The position numbers and the translations under genes were made by a program. Below are positions 1 through 13,131 of a DNA stretch of 64,000 bases, piece after piece. The stretch's first letter is position 1. Each line of letters begins with the position of its first letter. Under the pieces are notes generated by a model, which ran no database searches, was not told the DNA's origin, and saw only the letters and a program-made list of their open reading frames with translations. The stretch spans positions 135,842,001 to 135,906,000 of the forward strand of contig OX597817.1 in NCBI GenBank assembly GCA_951406725.2, read 5' to 3'. Source of the DNA: Octopus vulgaris (lineage: Eukaryota).

Positions 1-379
1 TCTTCCCCTAATTTTATGATGTTATTACTTTCGCTGTTCAGTGCATTTGTAGTATAAACTCATTTCTCTCTTTATTGCTCGTAGGCGTTGTATAAGTGAC
101 ACAATGCGGGACTTGATGCACTTCAAAGCTCTCTCTACCGTTCCAGTCTTGCGATAGCTGATCCCAGCTTGATGTCCAACCACGGTATTGGAAGTAGTAA
201 TTCCACAAGTTGGCTTTCAATATATTTCCACCGCTTCTTTACTGTCACAGCTTCCTCGAAATAGAGATGTTTTTGATTTATCCAAATAAGATAGCCATTT
301 TGTTTATTACCACGATTATATTAATGGCAATCCTATGTCTTTGGGTATATATATACATACTTACATGCATACATACACA

Positions 380-411
<32 letters not shown>

Positions 412-535
412 TACACACACACACATATATATATATATATATGTATATGTATATATATATATGTTCACACACACACACACACATGTACATATATATATTC
501 ATAGATACATACATATATATATATATATATATATG

Positions 536-626
<91 letters not shown>

Positions 627-640
627 ATATATATATATAT

Positions 641-833
641 AGGGAGAGTTTACGAAAAAACAAAAGACGAAGACAGGTGGTGTACAAAACAAACAGATGT
701 ATTAGTATAACGCTCAGGAATAGAAAAAGTATTTTACGTTTCGAGCCTACGCTCTTCTACAGAAAGGGACACAGAAAAAACAAGGAGAGAAACAAGGAGA
801 GAAAAAATGTGTGTTGTGGCTAACGATCTATCA

Positions 834-836
<3 letters not shown>
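641..836 (-). mobile_element. Short non-autonomous hammerhead-bearing repeat (family H1), copy 1, flanked on both sides by (TA)n
   Basis: Near-identical to 4135-4330 (inverted) and 54948-55095, and related to 18846-18993. The minus strand of 732-766 reads CTTT CTGTAGA AGAGC GTAG GCTC GAAACG TA AAA. Confidence 0.8.
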
Positions 837-913
<77 letters not shown>

Positions 914-1860
914 TTTATTTGTGTATTAAGGCTACCATTAGTTTCCTGTTAAGAAAATATTTTAACAATCTTTCAAGCCTATCCCATGAATAAATCGGTG
1001 TTCATCTCCATTTCGGATTGAAAAAAAAATACAAGGATTCACGATAAAGCCTCGCGAGAATTTTTTGTAAACAAAAACAAGAAATGAAGGGGTACGACTC
1101 TTAGGTAACAATTTGTGGGTGATTATCTCCCTTGAGCTTAACTTTTGGAAAATATTGTGTTGAATGATGATCTTGTTTATAATATTTGATATCCTGGGCG
1201 TGTGTAATGTTCGTGTATTGGGGGGTATCGGCGGAGTGGGTGGTGGTTCCTTTTTGAAATGTCGGAGTGTAAAATATTGCTTATGCATGCAGGGAGAGAA
1301 GGTTTCATTCCTAATGTTTAAGATGTTAACTTTTGAGTGGGAGATGTTTAGCTTTTCAGTAATGCAAAGCTCACATTTGGAACCCCGTTCTCTTCATTTT
1401 CTGGCTTTAGCAATAATGCTCCGTGTTATCTGAGGGTTTGCTTACTCTCCCTTCTCTCAATGCCCATATCATATTGGATTGAGATGTTATTTTTGTCCCT
1501 GAATGACGCCAGATGCTGTATGTATCTTTCCTTGAACGAGTTGCCAGTCATTCCGATGTATGTTTTTGTCCCTCCGTTGAAGTCCATGATTTTGGCCTTG
1601 TATACAATTTGTTTTTCCAGATAAATATTATCTAAAGGACAGCGCTTCGTAGATCTACAGTTACAGTGTCTTTCAGGAGTATTCTTGGTGGAGTTATTTT
1701 TATTGTAATTGAGTATTATCGACCCTATATTGGGGAGGCAGCTATAACTAAGTTTAACAGTGTTTCTATCGAATATCATATGGTATTTGTGTGAGTGTGG
1801 AAAGTGATTGTCAATTAGTTTTAAGAATTTTCTAGCTATGTTAGTGGCTACATTCATGCT
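914..1860 (-). mobile_element. 5'-truncated, decayed Penelope-like element (C-terminal linker, GIY-YIG endonuclease and 3' region)
   Basis: ORF 1426-1857(-): NVATNIARKFLKLIDNHFP..IFDRNTVKLSYSC..CNCR..CPL..IVYKA..TYIGMTGNSFKERY, a PLE GIY-YIG domain. The 3' end abuts (TA)n(CA)n. Boundaries are approximate. Confidence 0.8.
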
Positions 1861-2015
1861 ATGATCGACTTGAAAAATTGTTAAGATATTTTCTTAACAT
1901 GAAATCAAGGGTAGCCTTAATACACAAATAAAGAATCTTTATCAATCAATGCGGTGCTGAGCACTCATTCTCATTGTTCGTCATTTACGTATATATACAC
2001 AAGCATGTCTGTATA

Positions 2016-2515
<500 letters not shown>

Positions 2516-2626
2516 TATATATGTATATATATATATATATGTATGTATATATATGTATATATATATATGTATGTATATATATATATATATATATATATGT
2601 CTGTATATATATATATATGTGTGTGT

Positions 2627-2925
2627 GGAGGCGCAATGGCCCAGTGGTTAGGGCTGCGGACTTGCGGTCGTAGGGTCGCGGTTTCGATTCCCAGACCGGG
2701 CGTTGTGGGTGTTTATTGAGCAAAAACACCTTAAAAGCTCCACGAGGCTCCGGCAGGGGGTGGTGATCCCTGCTGTACTCTTTCACCACTCTTTCCTTCC
2801 ACTCTTTCTTCTGTTGGCCTGCTCACTTAGCCAGCGGGGTGGCGTCATTCGAAGTCTAAAACAATGCAAACGCATTGTGACCAGCGATGTGTAACAACAT
2901 CTGATGGTCTAGTCGGTCACGTGTT

Positions 2926-2932
<7 letters not shown>
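2627..2932 (+). mobile_element. tRNA-derived SINE family A (tail type 1, ends in cacgtg..cacgtga plus (TA)n)
   Basis: Pol III A box tggcccagtgg and B box ggtttcgattccc. Homologous to 31939-32236 and, in its 5' half, to 34556-34921. Confidence 0.85.
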
Positions 2933-2972
<40 letters not shown>

Positions 2973-3032
2973 ATGACCCGTCCGTGTCTTTTGTATCGTC
3001 TATCTGAATGTTTTACGTTCTTTCCTATTTTG

Positions 3033-3090
<58 letters not shown>

Positions 3091-3221
3091 TAAATATCCC
3101 ATCAAGAGATGCTTGTGTCTCTTAAGGGACCACAGTTCCTTGACTGAATAAAATATATTTTCAGCATATTGGCATATAATTTTTTTTCTTTTTGCCCTTA
3201 TTTATAATTGTATACATCCAT

Positions 3222-3291
<70 letters not shown>

Positions 3292-3454
3292 GTATGTATT
3301 TATGTATATGTGTGTGTGCACGCGCGTCTGTGTATATGTATATATGTATGTATATTCACATGTATACATGTGTTCACCCGTATGTATGCTTATAAAATCT
3401 CTGGTCTCTTTATATAACATGTATGTGTATATATGTTTGTAAGAGTGTTTATCT

Positions 3455-3541
3455 TTCATCTTTAACTTGTTTGAGTGAGGAGACTGCGGTCATACTGGAG
3501 TACCGTTTTGAAGAATTCTTAATCGATTGAATCGACTCCAG

Positions 3542-3602
<61 letters not shown>

Positions 3603-3710
3603 CATTATTATTTTTGCAAGGCCTGGTACTTATTCTGTCGATCTCTTCTGTGGAACCGCTAAGTTGTGAGGACGTAAACGCATTAACACCAGTTGTCAAG
3701 CAATGGTTTG

Positions 3711-3712
<2 letters not shown>
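3455..3712 (-). mobile_element. SINE family C, 3' portion containing an (ATT)n tract
   Basis: Shares gaaccgctaagtt..gacgtaaac..ttgtcaagc with 19880-20353. Confidence 0.6.
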
Positions 3713-3746
<34 letters not shown>

Positions 3747-4036
3747 ACACACACACATACACACACACACACGCACGCACACATATGTGGTTGGGGAGCA
3801 AAATTTCTGAAAATACACAACCACGAGATGCACGCACACGCAGGCGCATGCGTATGAGTATTTGCAGAAATGCATATCCACACACATATTGAAAGACATA
3901 CGGTTACAGAAACATATATACATAGCCACATATGTATAAATAATAAATGTTATGTACACGAGGGTACATATGCATCGGTGTATTTATATGTATATCGAAT
4001 GCGTGTGTATATAGCATAAAATCGCAGAAAATATAA

Positions 4037-4085
<49 letters not shown>

Positions 4086-4134
4086 ATAATTCATTAGACC
4101 TAAGTACATATGTATGTATATATATATCAGTCAC

Positions 4135-4330
4135 CATGATAGATCGTTAGCCACTACACACATTTTTTTCTCTTCGTGTTTCTCTCCTTGTTTTTTCTGT
4201 GCCCCTTTCTGTAGAAGAGCGTAGGCTCGAAATGTAAAAGACTTTTTCTATTCCTGAGCGTTATACTAATACATCTGTTTGTTTTGTACACCATCTGTCT
4301 TCGTCTTTTGTTTTTTTCGTAAACTCTCTC
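4135..4330 (+). mobile_element. Family H1 hammerhead-bearing repeat, copy 2
   Basis: Reverse complement of 641-836. 4205-4240 reads ctttCTGTAGAagagcgtaggctcGAAAtgTAaaag. Confidence 0.8.
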
Positions 4331-4509
4331 TATATGTGTATATATGTAGGTATGTATGTTCGGATGTTTGTATGGGCGTGCGAATGTACGTATTTAATTA
4401 TATAAATTCTTCCTCTGAAGAAGAAGCTGCTTTTCTAACAAAGATACGAAGCTCCATCGTTGCAATGTAGATAACAAAAACAATTAATATAATTAACAAC
4501 GAAAACAAT

Positions 4510-5600
4510 GTCAGATTTTAAATCTGAGAAAAGTCTTGCAGACTTTCACTTTTCCATTTACAGATCCTATCTGTAATGTGCGAGTCGGTCGATTTCTTTT
4601 TCTGGAAATCCAAGCTTATCCAGACTGGCAGTAAATCTTTTACTTACAAAGCCAAGTGCTCCAATTATTACTGGTATAAATGTAAATTTAAGAAATACTA
4701 AATTTCTAAATCTCTCGTAGAGACATGTACGGTGGTGGGGCGATAGAATGGTTGTATACTGTCAGTCTAACACGACCGTGACAGTAGAGGGGTACACCAC
4801 CGCTGTATAGCCCTAGGAAGCATCGACGCCTCCTGATGGCTTTGAGACATTTTTCCCTGTGTCCTTATGACACAGGGAAAAATGTCTCAAAGCCATCAGG
4901 AGGCGTCGATGCTTCCTAGGGCTATACAGCGGTGGTGTACCCCTCTACTGTCAGGGTCGTGTTAGATTGACAGTATACAAATGTAAATTTGTTATCCGGA
5001 TAAAGAAATTCCGAAGCAGTTGTCTATAATTATCTTTCTTCCTCTTTCATTTTCAAAGTGATATTCGCAACGGCAGGACAACTGATCCCGTTGACGGGAC
5101 ATTCTTTTTCTTGTTAGTCCCAAACAGCAATAGCCAACCTATTATGCTTACACTTGACAGATGTTTTGGTGGGAAAGTTCTACCAGTATTCCTTGCACTA
5201 GCATTTGTGTATGTATTCTACAACAGGGGAATTCTCTGTTTTCCGAATGGCATTCTATAATGTTTTAGCGACAACGTCATGTCACATACAATATTAGTAT
5301 TCGACGGCATAGTGGGCAAATACCAATCACCTGTCATGTCTTTCTCAGAAATATAAGCTACATTTACTAAGGTATCTTACGGTGGAACTCCAAGGGCTCT
5401 CTCTTTTGTTGATAAAGTATTAATAGCGATCTCCTATTCTTGGATTGCCAATGCATAGCCTTCGAAGTGTGGCGTGACGAAGTGGTCACGAGTCCAAGAG
5501 AGGCTTCGCTTCATTTCAAGTCTACAAGAAACGTAACCACGGATGGTCTTTTTTTTTTTGGTATGCTGAGCACTTCACATTCAGGTCTTCACTGAGGTAT
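4510..5600 (-). mobile_element. Decayed RLE-type non-LTR retrotransposon (R4/Dong/NeSL-like), C-terminal region, interrupted by a hairpin insertion
   Basis: Manual minus-strand translation across frameshifts: HDVVAKTL.., VKCKHNRLAIAVWD*QEKEC..ISCPAVANITLKMKE, NYRQLLRN..YPDNKFTF | FTFIPVIIGALGFV. This matches the HNRPDIV..EISCP..IPVIIGALG pattern of RLE LINEs. Confidence 0.7.
4690..4978. repeat. 289-bp insertion with a 12-bp TSD containing a near-perfect 229-bp inverted repeat (4752-4980)
   Basis: Arms 4752-4863 and 4869-4980 are reverse complements with 2 mismatches and a loop cttat. The right arm runs 2 bp into the TSD. aaatgtaaattt is duplicated at 4678-4689 and 4979-4990. Confidence 0.9.
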
Positions 5601-5801
5601 GTTAGTCATTAGTCCAGCTGATTTGGGAATGTATGGTAGTGGTTGTGGTGGTGGGGGGTCATCAAGAAGAGAGTACTACCTGAGGAACTCACTTCCAACA
5701 CGTATATGTATATATGTATGTACATATATATATTTGTATGAATGACACATTCTACGCATGCGTTTTTATACACCTGTATGTTGTGTACTTACATATTCTT
5801 T

Positions 5802-6009
5802 TCTACTCTAGGCACAAGGCCCGATATTTTTGGGGAAGGGGCCAGTCGATTACATCGACCCCAGTACGCAACTGGTATTTAATTTATCGACCCCGAAAGG
5901 ATGAAAGGTAAAGTCGACCTCGGCGGAGTTTGAACTCAAAACGTAAAGACAGACGAAATACAGCTATGCATTCCGCCCAGCGTGCTAACGTTTCTGCCAG
6001 CTCGCCGCC
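5802..6009 (-). mobile_element. SINE family B (Nin-domain-like: gactttgcctttcatcctttcggggtcgataaa)
   Basis: Shared with 12255-12478, 14878-15062, 48533-48735, 49457-49830, 59613-60004 and 62872-63263. Confidence 0.8.
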
Positions 6010-7403
6010 TTGTTGTGTAATATTAGATGTTTGTGTGTATGTATGTGTTATAGTACTTGTAGAGACGTATACACGCGTGTTTACTACGTGTGTGTGTGTG
6101 TGTATGTGTGTATGTGCGCGCGTGCGTGTGTGAATGTTTGAATATTTGTATGTATGTATGCACACGGCGAGACATTTACCCAAAGTGCCGAACAGTGGAG
6201 CTGAACCCGAAACCACGTGGTTGCAAAGTGAGCTTCATGACCATAGAGCCATGCCTGCACCTACATATACACACATACACACATATACATACATACATAC
6301 ATACATGCATACATACATACATACATTGTGATTCTATGTTTGCCATGTACGGGTGTGTGTGTGTGTGTGTGTTTATGTGTGTGCGTGTGTGTTTGCTACC
6401 ATGTCTCCCTCTCTCTCTCTCTCTCTATCTATCTATCAATTTATCTACCCATCTGTCTGTCTGTCTGTCTCTGTCTGTCTGCCTGTCTGTCTGTGTCTGC
6501 CTGTCTGTCTGTGTCTGTCTGTCTGTGTCTGTCGCTCTCTCCCTCGCTCTCGCAATCTCTCTCTCGCTCTCGCAATCTCTCTCTCTCTCTATATATATAT
6601 ATATGCACACGCACACACGTGTGTGTGTGTGTGTGTGAGTGTGTGTAAACAAGATGTTGTCTCCTGTCCCAGATCGTTGTTCCGTTCTTCCTCTCCAGCC
6701 AAACAATTCAAAAACTGATGCTGAAACCATTTTGATATCTTGTGATGTTCTGAAGGGCAAACAAACAACTGCAGAAAACAGACGACAGCTGTATAAATAT
6801 GATAGGGACCGTGTTTATCTTCTCTCTCTCACACTCCCTCTCTCAATCACATCATACCTTCTCTCTCACCTCTCACACCTCTACTCAATCATTGTTTTCC
6901 TTACATTTTCCCAGTTTGCAACATAACAACTTCCTCCCGCCCCTCCCCCCTCCTCTCTCTCTCTCTCTTTCCCTCACTCTCTCAGTTGCGTTTCTTTCTC
7001 TCCACTCCTTCCCTAACTTCCTCCCTCCCTCCCTCTCTCTCTCTCATTGTTTTCTTATAATTTCATTAACTCTCACAGCTGCTCCCCTTTCTTCCCTCCT
7101 CGTTTGCACAAACTTTATCTTTCTGTGTTTCTGTCTCTTTCTCTCTCTCTCTCTCTCTCTCACTATGTGTGTGTGCGTGAGTGAGTGCTTGCGCGCGTGT
7201 TTATATATATATATATATATATATAAACGTTCTCGCATCCACCAATGCGGACGCGTATACATATCAATACAGACAACACATACATATATATGTGTATGTG
7301 TGTATGAGAGATAGTGAATGCTCGGGCACCTTATGTAAGTATGTATGTATGTATGTATGTATGTATGTATGTATGTATGTATGTATGTATGTATGTATGT
7401 ATG

Positions 7404-7450
<47 letters not shown>

Positions 7451-7791
7451 ATATGTATCTATCTATCTGTCTGCCTGTCTGTCTGTCTATCTGTCTGTCT
7501 GTTCATCTGTTTGTAACTCATGCACTTTTTGTTGCGTTTTCGCATCATACTCTGATATATGTTACCCCTTGCAGAGAAAGGAATCCTTTCTCCACCTGTC
7601 TGTCTGTCAGTCAGTCTGCTCGTCTGTCTGCCTGTCTGTCTTCATGTACACCTGATGTATGTAGTCATCTGTGCATGTATGATGTATACATGTGACTGTG
7701 TGTTTCTGTGCATGTATGTATGGCGAATGTATGTATGCATCTTTGTGTGTGTGTGTATGTGTGTGAATATATGTACGCATAAATACATGAA

Positions 7792-7839
<48 letters not shown>

Positions 7840-7865
7840 TGTACGTATGTATATATATATCTATA

Positions 7866-7988
<123 letters not shown>

Positions 7989-8329
7989 ACCTTGGTATAT
8001 CTCGACAAATATCAGTAAGCACTCATGGAGGCGTGTATGCACATACATGTACGTACGTATGTATGTGCATACATGTGCACTAGCGTGAATGTCATCGCAT
8101 GTGTGAATCTGCAGATGTAGATGTGCACAAGGGAGTGCGGAAAACTTTCTGGTTTGGGGGTAAAAGGAAATAAAGGAGAATCAGTCAATTATGATTTTAT
8201 TCAACATAATATCCTTTCAGATTCACACACTCATTGCAGCGGTCCTTCGCTTTCTCTAAGTCCCGTGAAAGAACTCATATGCACACGCCCCCCCACACAC
8301 ACCCGCACCCGCACTCACACACACACATA

Positions 8330-8549
8330 AGGGGAGGGTGCTGAAAGGCTCTGGCTTTGGGTAAAAGAAAATACAGAAGGATCAGTTAATTATGATTTTA
8401 TTCAACATATTTCCCCTCTCAGATTCACACACTTATTGCAGTGGTCCTTCAGTTTTTCTAAACCCTGTAAAAAAAACTCGGAATGTTGGGTCTCCAGTCG
8501 AACCTTTTTTGATAATGCTTAAGCCAGGAACTTTTCAGCAACCCCTCAT
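8330..8549. mobile_element. Mariner-type MITE (a partial tandem copy lies at about 8128-8272)
   Basis: Imperfect TIRs gagggtgctgaaaggctctggctt and aagccaggaacttttcagcaacccctc. The internal sequence is repeated immediately upstream. Confidence 0.55.
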
Positions 8550-9341
8550 GTGTGTGTGTGTGTGTATAAATCGACACGGATATTAAAGAAATATATCTAT
8601 ATTAAAGAAATATATCTATATAAACATGCACCTGCAAACATCTCTATAGACATCTTTATACACATTCCTACATTTGTATACAAGTCTCTATATCTCTATA
8701 TACACACATCTACATATGGTTAAATGTCTATAGCTATACATACATTTACTACGCTTCTGGAATATTTACGCACTTTCTACTTTAGAGGATCTGCTCTGGC
8801 TCCCCTGGGTGGTGCTAGGGATGGATGTTAGTATATATTGTTTCTCAGAATTCTTCCTAGAAGTAAATCGCTTCTTTCTAGCAAAGAAACAAAGTCTTAT
8901 CACTAGAATTTAGGTATCTACACCAAAATTGTAAAACTTTTGAAAAGTCGTGCATATTTTTATTGTTCCTCTTATAGATTTTAGTTGTAAAATTTATGAC
9001 AGCTAGTGTTTTTCTATTTCTGAAAATTCTAACTTTTTTCAGATTGTTACTTAAACACTAAAAGAACCGAATGCTCCGAAAATTATTGACATAAAAGTGA
9101 ATTTATAGTCAAGGGACGGCGGCTTCACGTTTTGAAGCAGTTGTCTGTAGATAGTTTTCTTCTCGCTACTTTTGGAGATGTTCATATCTTCAGAGCAGCT
9201 GTCATCAGCGACTACACTATTGCTTTTTCTGTTTCAAATATCAATATTAGGCCCGTTATATTTGCACTTCATAGAAGTTCTGATTGGAATGCTTCACCAC
9301 TATTCATTATTTTTATAGGTGTATTCAATAGTAGATGTATT

Positions 9342-9396
<55 letters not shown>

Positions 9397-9399
<3 letters not shown>

Positions 9400-9572
9400 T
9401 GATCAACAACATGTATTGTCACAACTATCGATTATTATCGATTATTATTTTTTAATATTCAACATCATCCCATCTAACAGCCGTTTCTGCTTCCCAAAAC
9501 GGCCGTTAGATTGGATGATGTTGAATATTTAAAAATAATAATCGATAGTAGTGAATTTGTTGTTGATCAATA
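9397..9572. repeat. Fold-back (inverted-repeat) element next to (TA)n carrying a hammerhead-like 3' half
   Basis: tattgatcaacaa..aatattcaacatcatcc..tctaacagccgttt pairs with aaacggccgttaga..ggatgatgttgaatatt..ttgttgatcaata. Confidence 0.75.
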
Positions 9573-10106
9573 ATTTCTCTATTTTCTGCTTAATTTAAAT
9601 TTGATTCCTGATAAACTCTTGTTTATCTTTGTCGTTGCCTGTATCCAATGAGCATAATATTGCTTGCATTTGTATGCCCAGGGTTAACATAGGTAATTTA
9701 TACCGGAAGTGAAAACGGATATTCTTATCCCTTAGACGGTTATTCCAACCGCTAACTCTACTAAACTTTATATATATGTATATAGATATCAGGGCAGTGT
9801 TTCCTATACTCGACATTGTGTATTGTTTTAGCAACAACATCATGTCATAGGGGTGATGGTGGGAGCAGTTCCTTGTTGGCGTTTAATGGACAGCTACCGA
9901 TCCCAAGTATTTTCTCACGTGAAGGACAAAATATTTCATAAGGACTTCACTGTCTTATTCGTTCATTATGTATTTAATATCTATATTTTTTTCTTGGATT
10001 GAAGAAGCATCTTCTCCAAAATGTGACATGCTGTGCTATCACGAGTACAAGAGAGGTGACGCATCATATTAATGTTAAAACCAACCTCACCGTCATGGCA
10101 GACATG

Positions 10107-10550
10107 TACAGGGTGCATTCCAGAAGTTATAACTGTCCTTATTATTGTACTTTTACATCTAATAAACTGACCAGCCAAATTTTGTCATTCCAGATTTAAA
10201 GAGACGCCTGTAGGACACCCAAATAAACACTGCTTGTCACAGCTGGTCAGTTTTCAGAATGTAGTCGAGATGTGAAGACACTTTACAAGCTCACTATACA
10301 ATAAAGCCTTGTGCTTAACTGGGCAAAAGCAATAAAAAATCTTATGAAATGCTCCAGACTGGTCATGGATTAAACTCTATGTGCCGAGGCCAGGCAAAGC
10401 AACTTTACCAAAAAGCTTATGGTGATCCCTTTTTCGATTACCTCTACTCGTCGGAGAGGCTGATCACGTGCTATCGCCCCTCAGGTCCCCTACACTTATT
10501 CTCTTCTCTCCTCTCATTATCCATGTTTTATCCGACTGACCTAGCTCCCT

Positions 10551-10607
<57 letters not shown>

Positions 10608-11076
10608 AACACAGTTTTTCCTTCCCACAACGTTGGCCCTCAGTAAGGCTCATCCACAGGGTTCCCTCTGTACAGATGGTCACCAAAATACTTTGGAGAG
10701 ATTTTGAGGAAGCTCAGGAAGAGATTTCGAGGCAAAAAGCCAGAGAACCTGCACCAAGACAATGTACCAGTCTCCTATTCCGTCCTGGTAACGAATTACT
10801 TGACACAGTTAAGCATCAAAACTGTCCCTTACTTTCCCTCTAGTCTAGACCTTACTCCTTATAACTTTTGGCTGTTCACAAGCTGAAGGATATGAGAGAG
10901 GCGGTCACAAGGGTTCTTGAGGACTTCCATGAGTCCTTCGCGAAATGGCTGGAGTACTGCAACAAGTGCAGTGAAGTCTGAAGATCCTATTTTGAAGGAG
11001 ATTAGAGTTTTGTGCTTCTTTGAAATTAATAAATGTCTTTCCTAAAAAGTCTCAGAACTCCTGGAACATACCTTGT
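10107..11076 (+). mobile_element. Decayed mariner DNA transposon with a nested insertion
   Basis: LHQDNVP..PYFPSSLDLTPYNFWLF is a degenerate HQDNA..HPPYSPDLAPCDFWLF. Imperfect TIRs tacagggtgcattccagaagtt and aactcctggaacataccttgta. Confidence 0.7.
10437..10651. repeat. About 200-bp repeat with an internal (ACT)n tract; inverted partner at 11353-11546
   Basis: Direct comparison: the two copies are highly similar reverse complements and differ mainly in tract length. Confidence 0.85.
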
Positions 11077-11125
11077 ACATGTACACACACACAGACACAC
11101 AGACACACACACAGACACACACACA

Positions 11126-11198
<73 letters not shown>

Positions 11199-11393
11199 GA
11201 GTGGTTAGGGTGTTACACTCACGATTGCACGCTGGTTTCAATTCCTGGACCGGGTGGTGCGTTGTCCCGGCAGGACTGGTCACATTGATGCCATTGATGT
11301 TTCCCTTAAATAGTTAAAAGTCAACGAGCACATGGGGTATTCATGTGGGGAAGAGCCTTACTGAGGGCCAACGTTGTGGGAAGGAAAAACTGT

Positions 11394-11432
<39 letters not shown>

Positions 11433-11664
11433 AGGGAGCTGGGTCAGTCGGATAAAACATGGATAATGAGGGGAGAGAAGAGAATAAGTGTAGGGGACCT
11501 GAGGGGCGATAGCACGTGATCAGCCACTCCGACGAGTAGAGGTAATTAGAGAATAGAAAGAAAAAGAGAGTGTGTGAGGGAGAGAGAGAGAGAGAGAGAA
11601 AGAATGTGTGTGTCTGTGTGTATGTGTGTGTGTGCGCGCGCACTCGTGTGTATGTACGCAAATG

Positions 11665-11970
11665 AAAGGCGCGTGGCTTAAGGGTTAGAGAATTCGGTTC
11701 ACGATCGTAAGGTCGTAAGTTCAATTCCCGGCGACGCGTTGTGTCCTTGAGCAAGACCCTTTATTTCTACTCCATTCAGTTGACAAAAATTCGTAGTATC
11801 TGTATTTCAAAGGGCCAGCCTTGTCACACTCCATGTCACGCTGAATCTGCCTGAGAACTACGTTAAGGACGCACGTGGCTGTGGAATGCTCAGCCACTTG
11901 CACGTTAATTTCGTAAGCAGGCTGTTCCGTTGATTGGATCAACTGGAAGCCTCGTCATCGTATCCGACAG
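11665..11970 (+). mobile_element. tRNA-derived SINE family D (gtgtccttgagcaagac central domain)
   Basis: A and B box-like motifs. Homologous to 20915-21225 and 39568-39860. Confidence 0.8.
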
Positions 11971-12254
11971 AAAGTGAAAGTGAAAGTACAGTGCAGGAGT
12001 CTATTGTTGGTTCTAATTTGAACCTTACAGAGGAATAAATAATCGCCAGCTTTTGAGACGTTGCCTAGTTATGTTAAAAGATGTGTATTAGCCAGGAGAG
12101 GTCTTAGATCGATGGGGCCTAGCGCTTGAGGTGATTGTGAAGGTTTTAAGTACAAACCATTTGAAATGTGGGAGATTTGATAATGTTTCCATGTATACAG
12201 TCATTATCCCTTTTTTGCTGCCGAAGGGAAATGAGCAAAACACTATTTGTCTTT

Positions 12255-12478
12255 ATTGCCCACAGGGGGCTAAACATAGAGGGGACAAACGAGGACAGAC
12301 AAATGGATTAAGTCGATTATATCGACCCCAGTGCGTAACTGGTACTTAACTTATCGACCCCGAAAGGATGAAAGGCAAAGTCGACCTCGGCGGAATTTGA
12401 ACTCAGAGCGTAAAGACAGACGAAATACTGCTAAGCATTCATTTCGCCCGGCGTGGTAACGATTCTACCAGCTCGTCG
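12255..12478 (-). mobile_element. SINE family B
   Basis: Contains the family B core. Confidence 0.8.
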
Positions 12479-13052
12479 CTATTGTGGAACAATGTCTCCA
12501 TTAAACCAACCCAATATTTTAAGGATAATTATTTCGTCCAGTCTGGAAAAAGGAACTGCAGCCTGGATTGTTTTTAAAATCAGAACTTAAAGGAACATCA
12601 TCAATACCCTCAAAATATTGGCTGGGCACAATTCTAATTCTGTCAGTAACATCTCATTGCGTGTTGCCCGCGATGTTTCTCAATAGAATTTCTTTGAATA
12701 AATATTTTGAAGAAAGTAGATTTCTTCCAGTTTTTCGGTGACAACGATCGATCGACCAACCCGTCCAGCGAGGTGTCTGCCACCCTTTATCTTCTTCTTT
12801 AAGATATTAAACATGAACAAAGAAAAGAAAACTGGTTTTTATGGAATCTGAAACCGTACCGATTCGACCAAATTGTAACCCTTCGTAGTCTAGCAGATCT
12901 TTGGTGCTGCTTTTCTAAATAAATACCACACCCCGAAAGTGAAAACGATCCCTAAATTGTCGATAACCCAGAAGTATTAAAACATGTGCTTCTTTTCTCC
13001 CCCTCTCTCACTTTCGCTTTCTGTATTGTGTGAGTATGTGTGTGTATGCTTG

Positions 13053-13131
<79 letters not shown>

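Noticed and set aside
1-200. Possible LINE remnants at the window start and at about 27520-28120
   Set aside because: No diagnostic motif is recoverable by eye.
210-823. Numerous ORFs with [16 protein letters not shown] or SIYL runs here and throughout the window
   Set aside because: They are translations of (TA)n, (CA)n, (CT)n and (TATC)n microsatellites, which lack stop codons; there is no coding evidence.
2627-2700. tRNA-like sequences at SINE heads (also 11665, 20915, 34556)
   Set aside because: A and B boxes are present but there is no full cloverleaf; they continue into SINE bodies.
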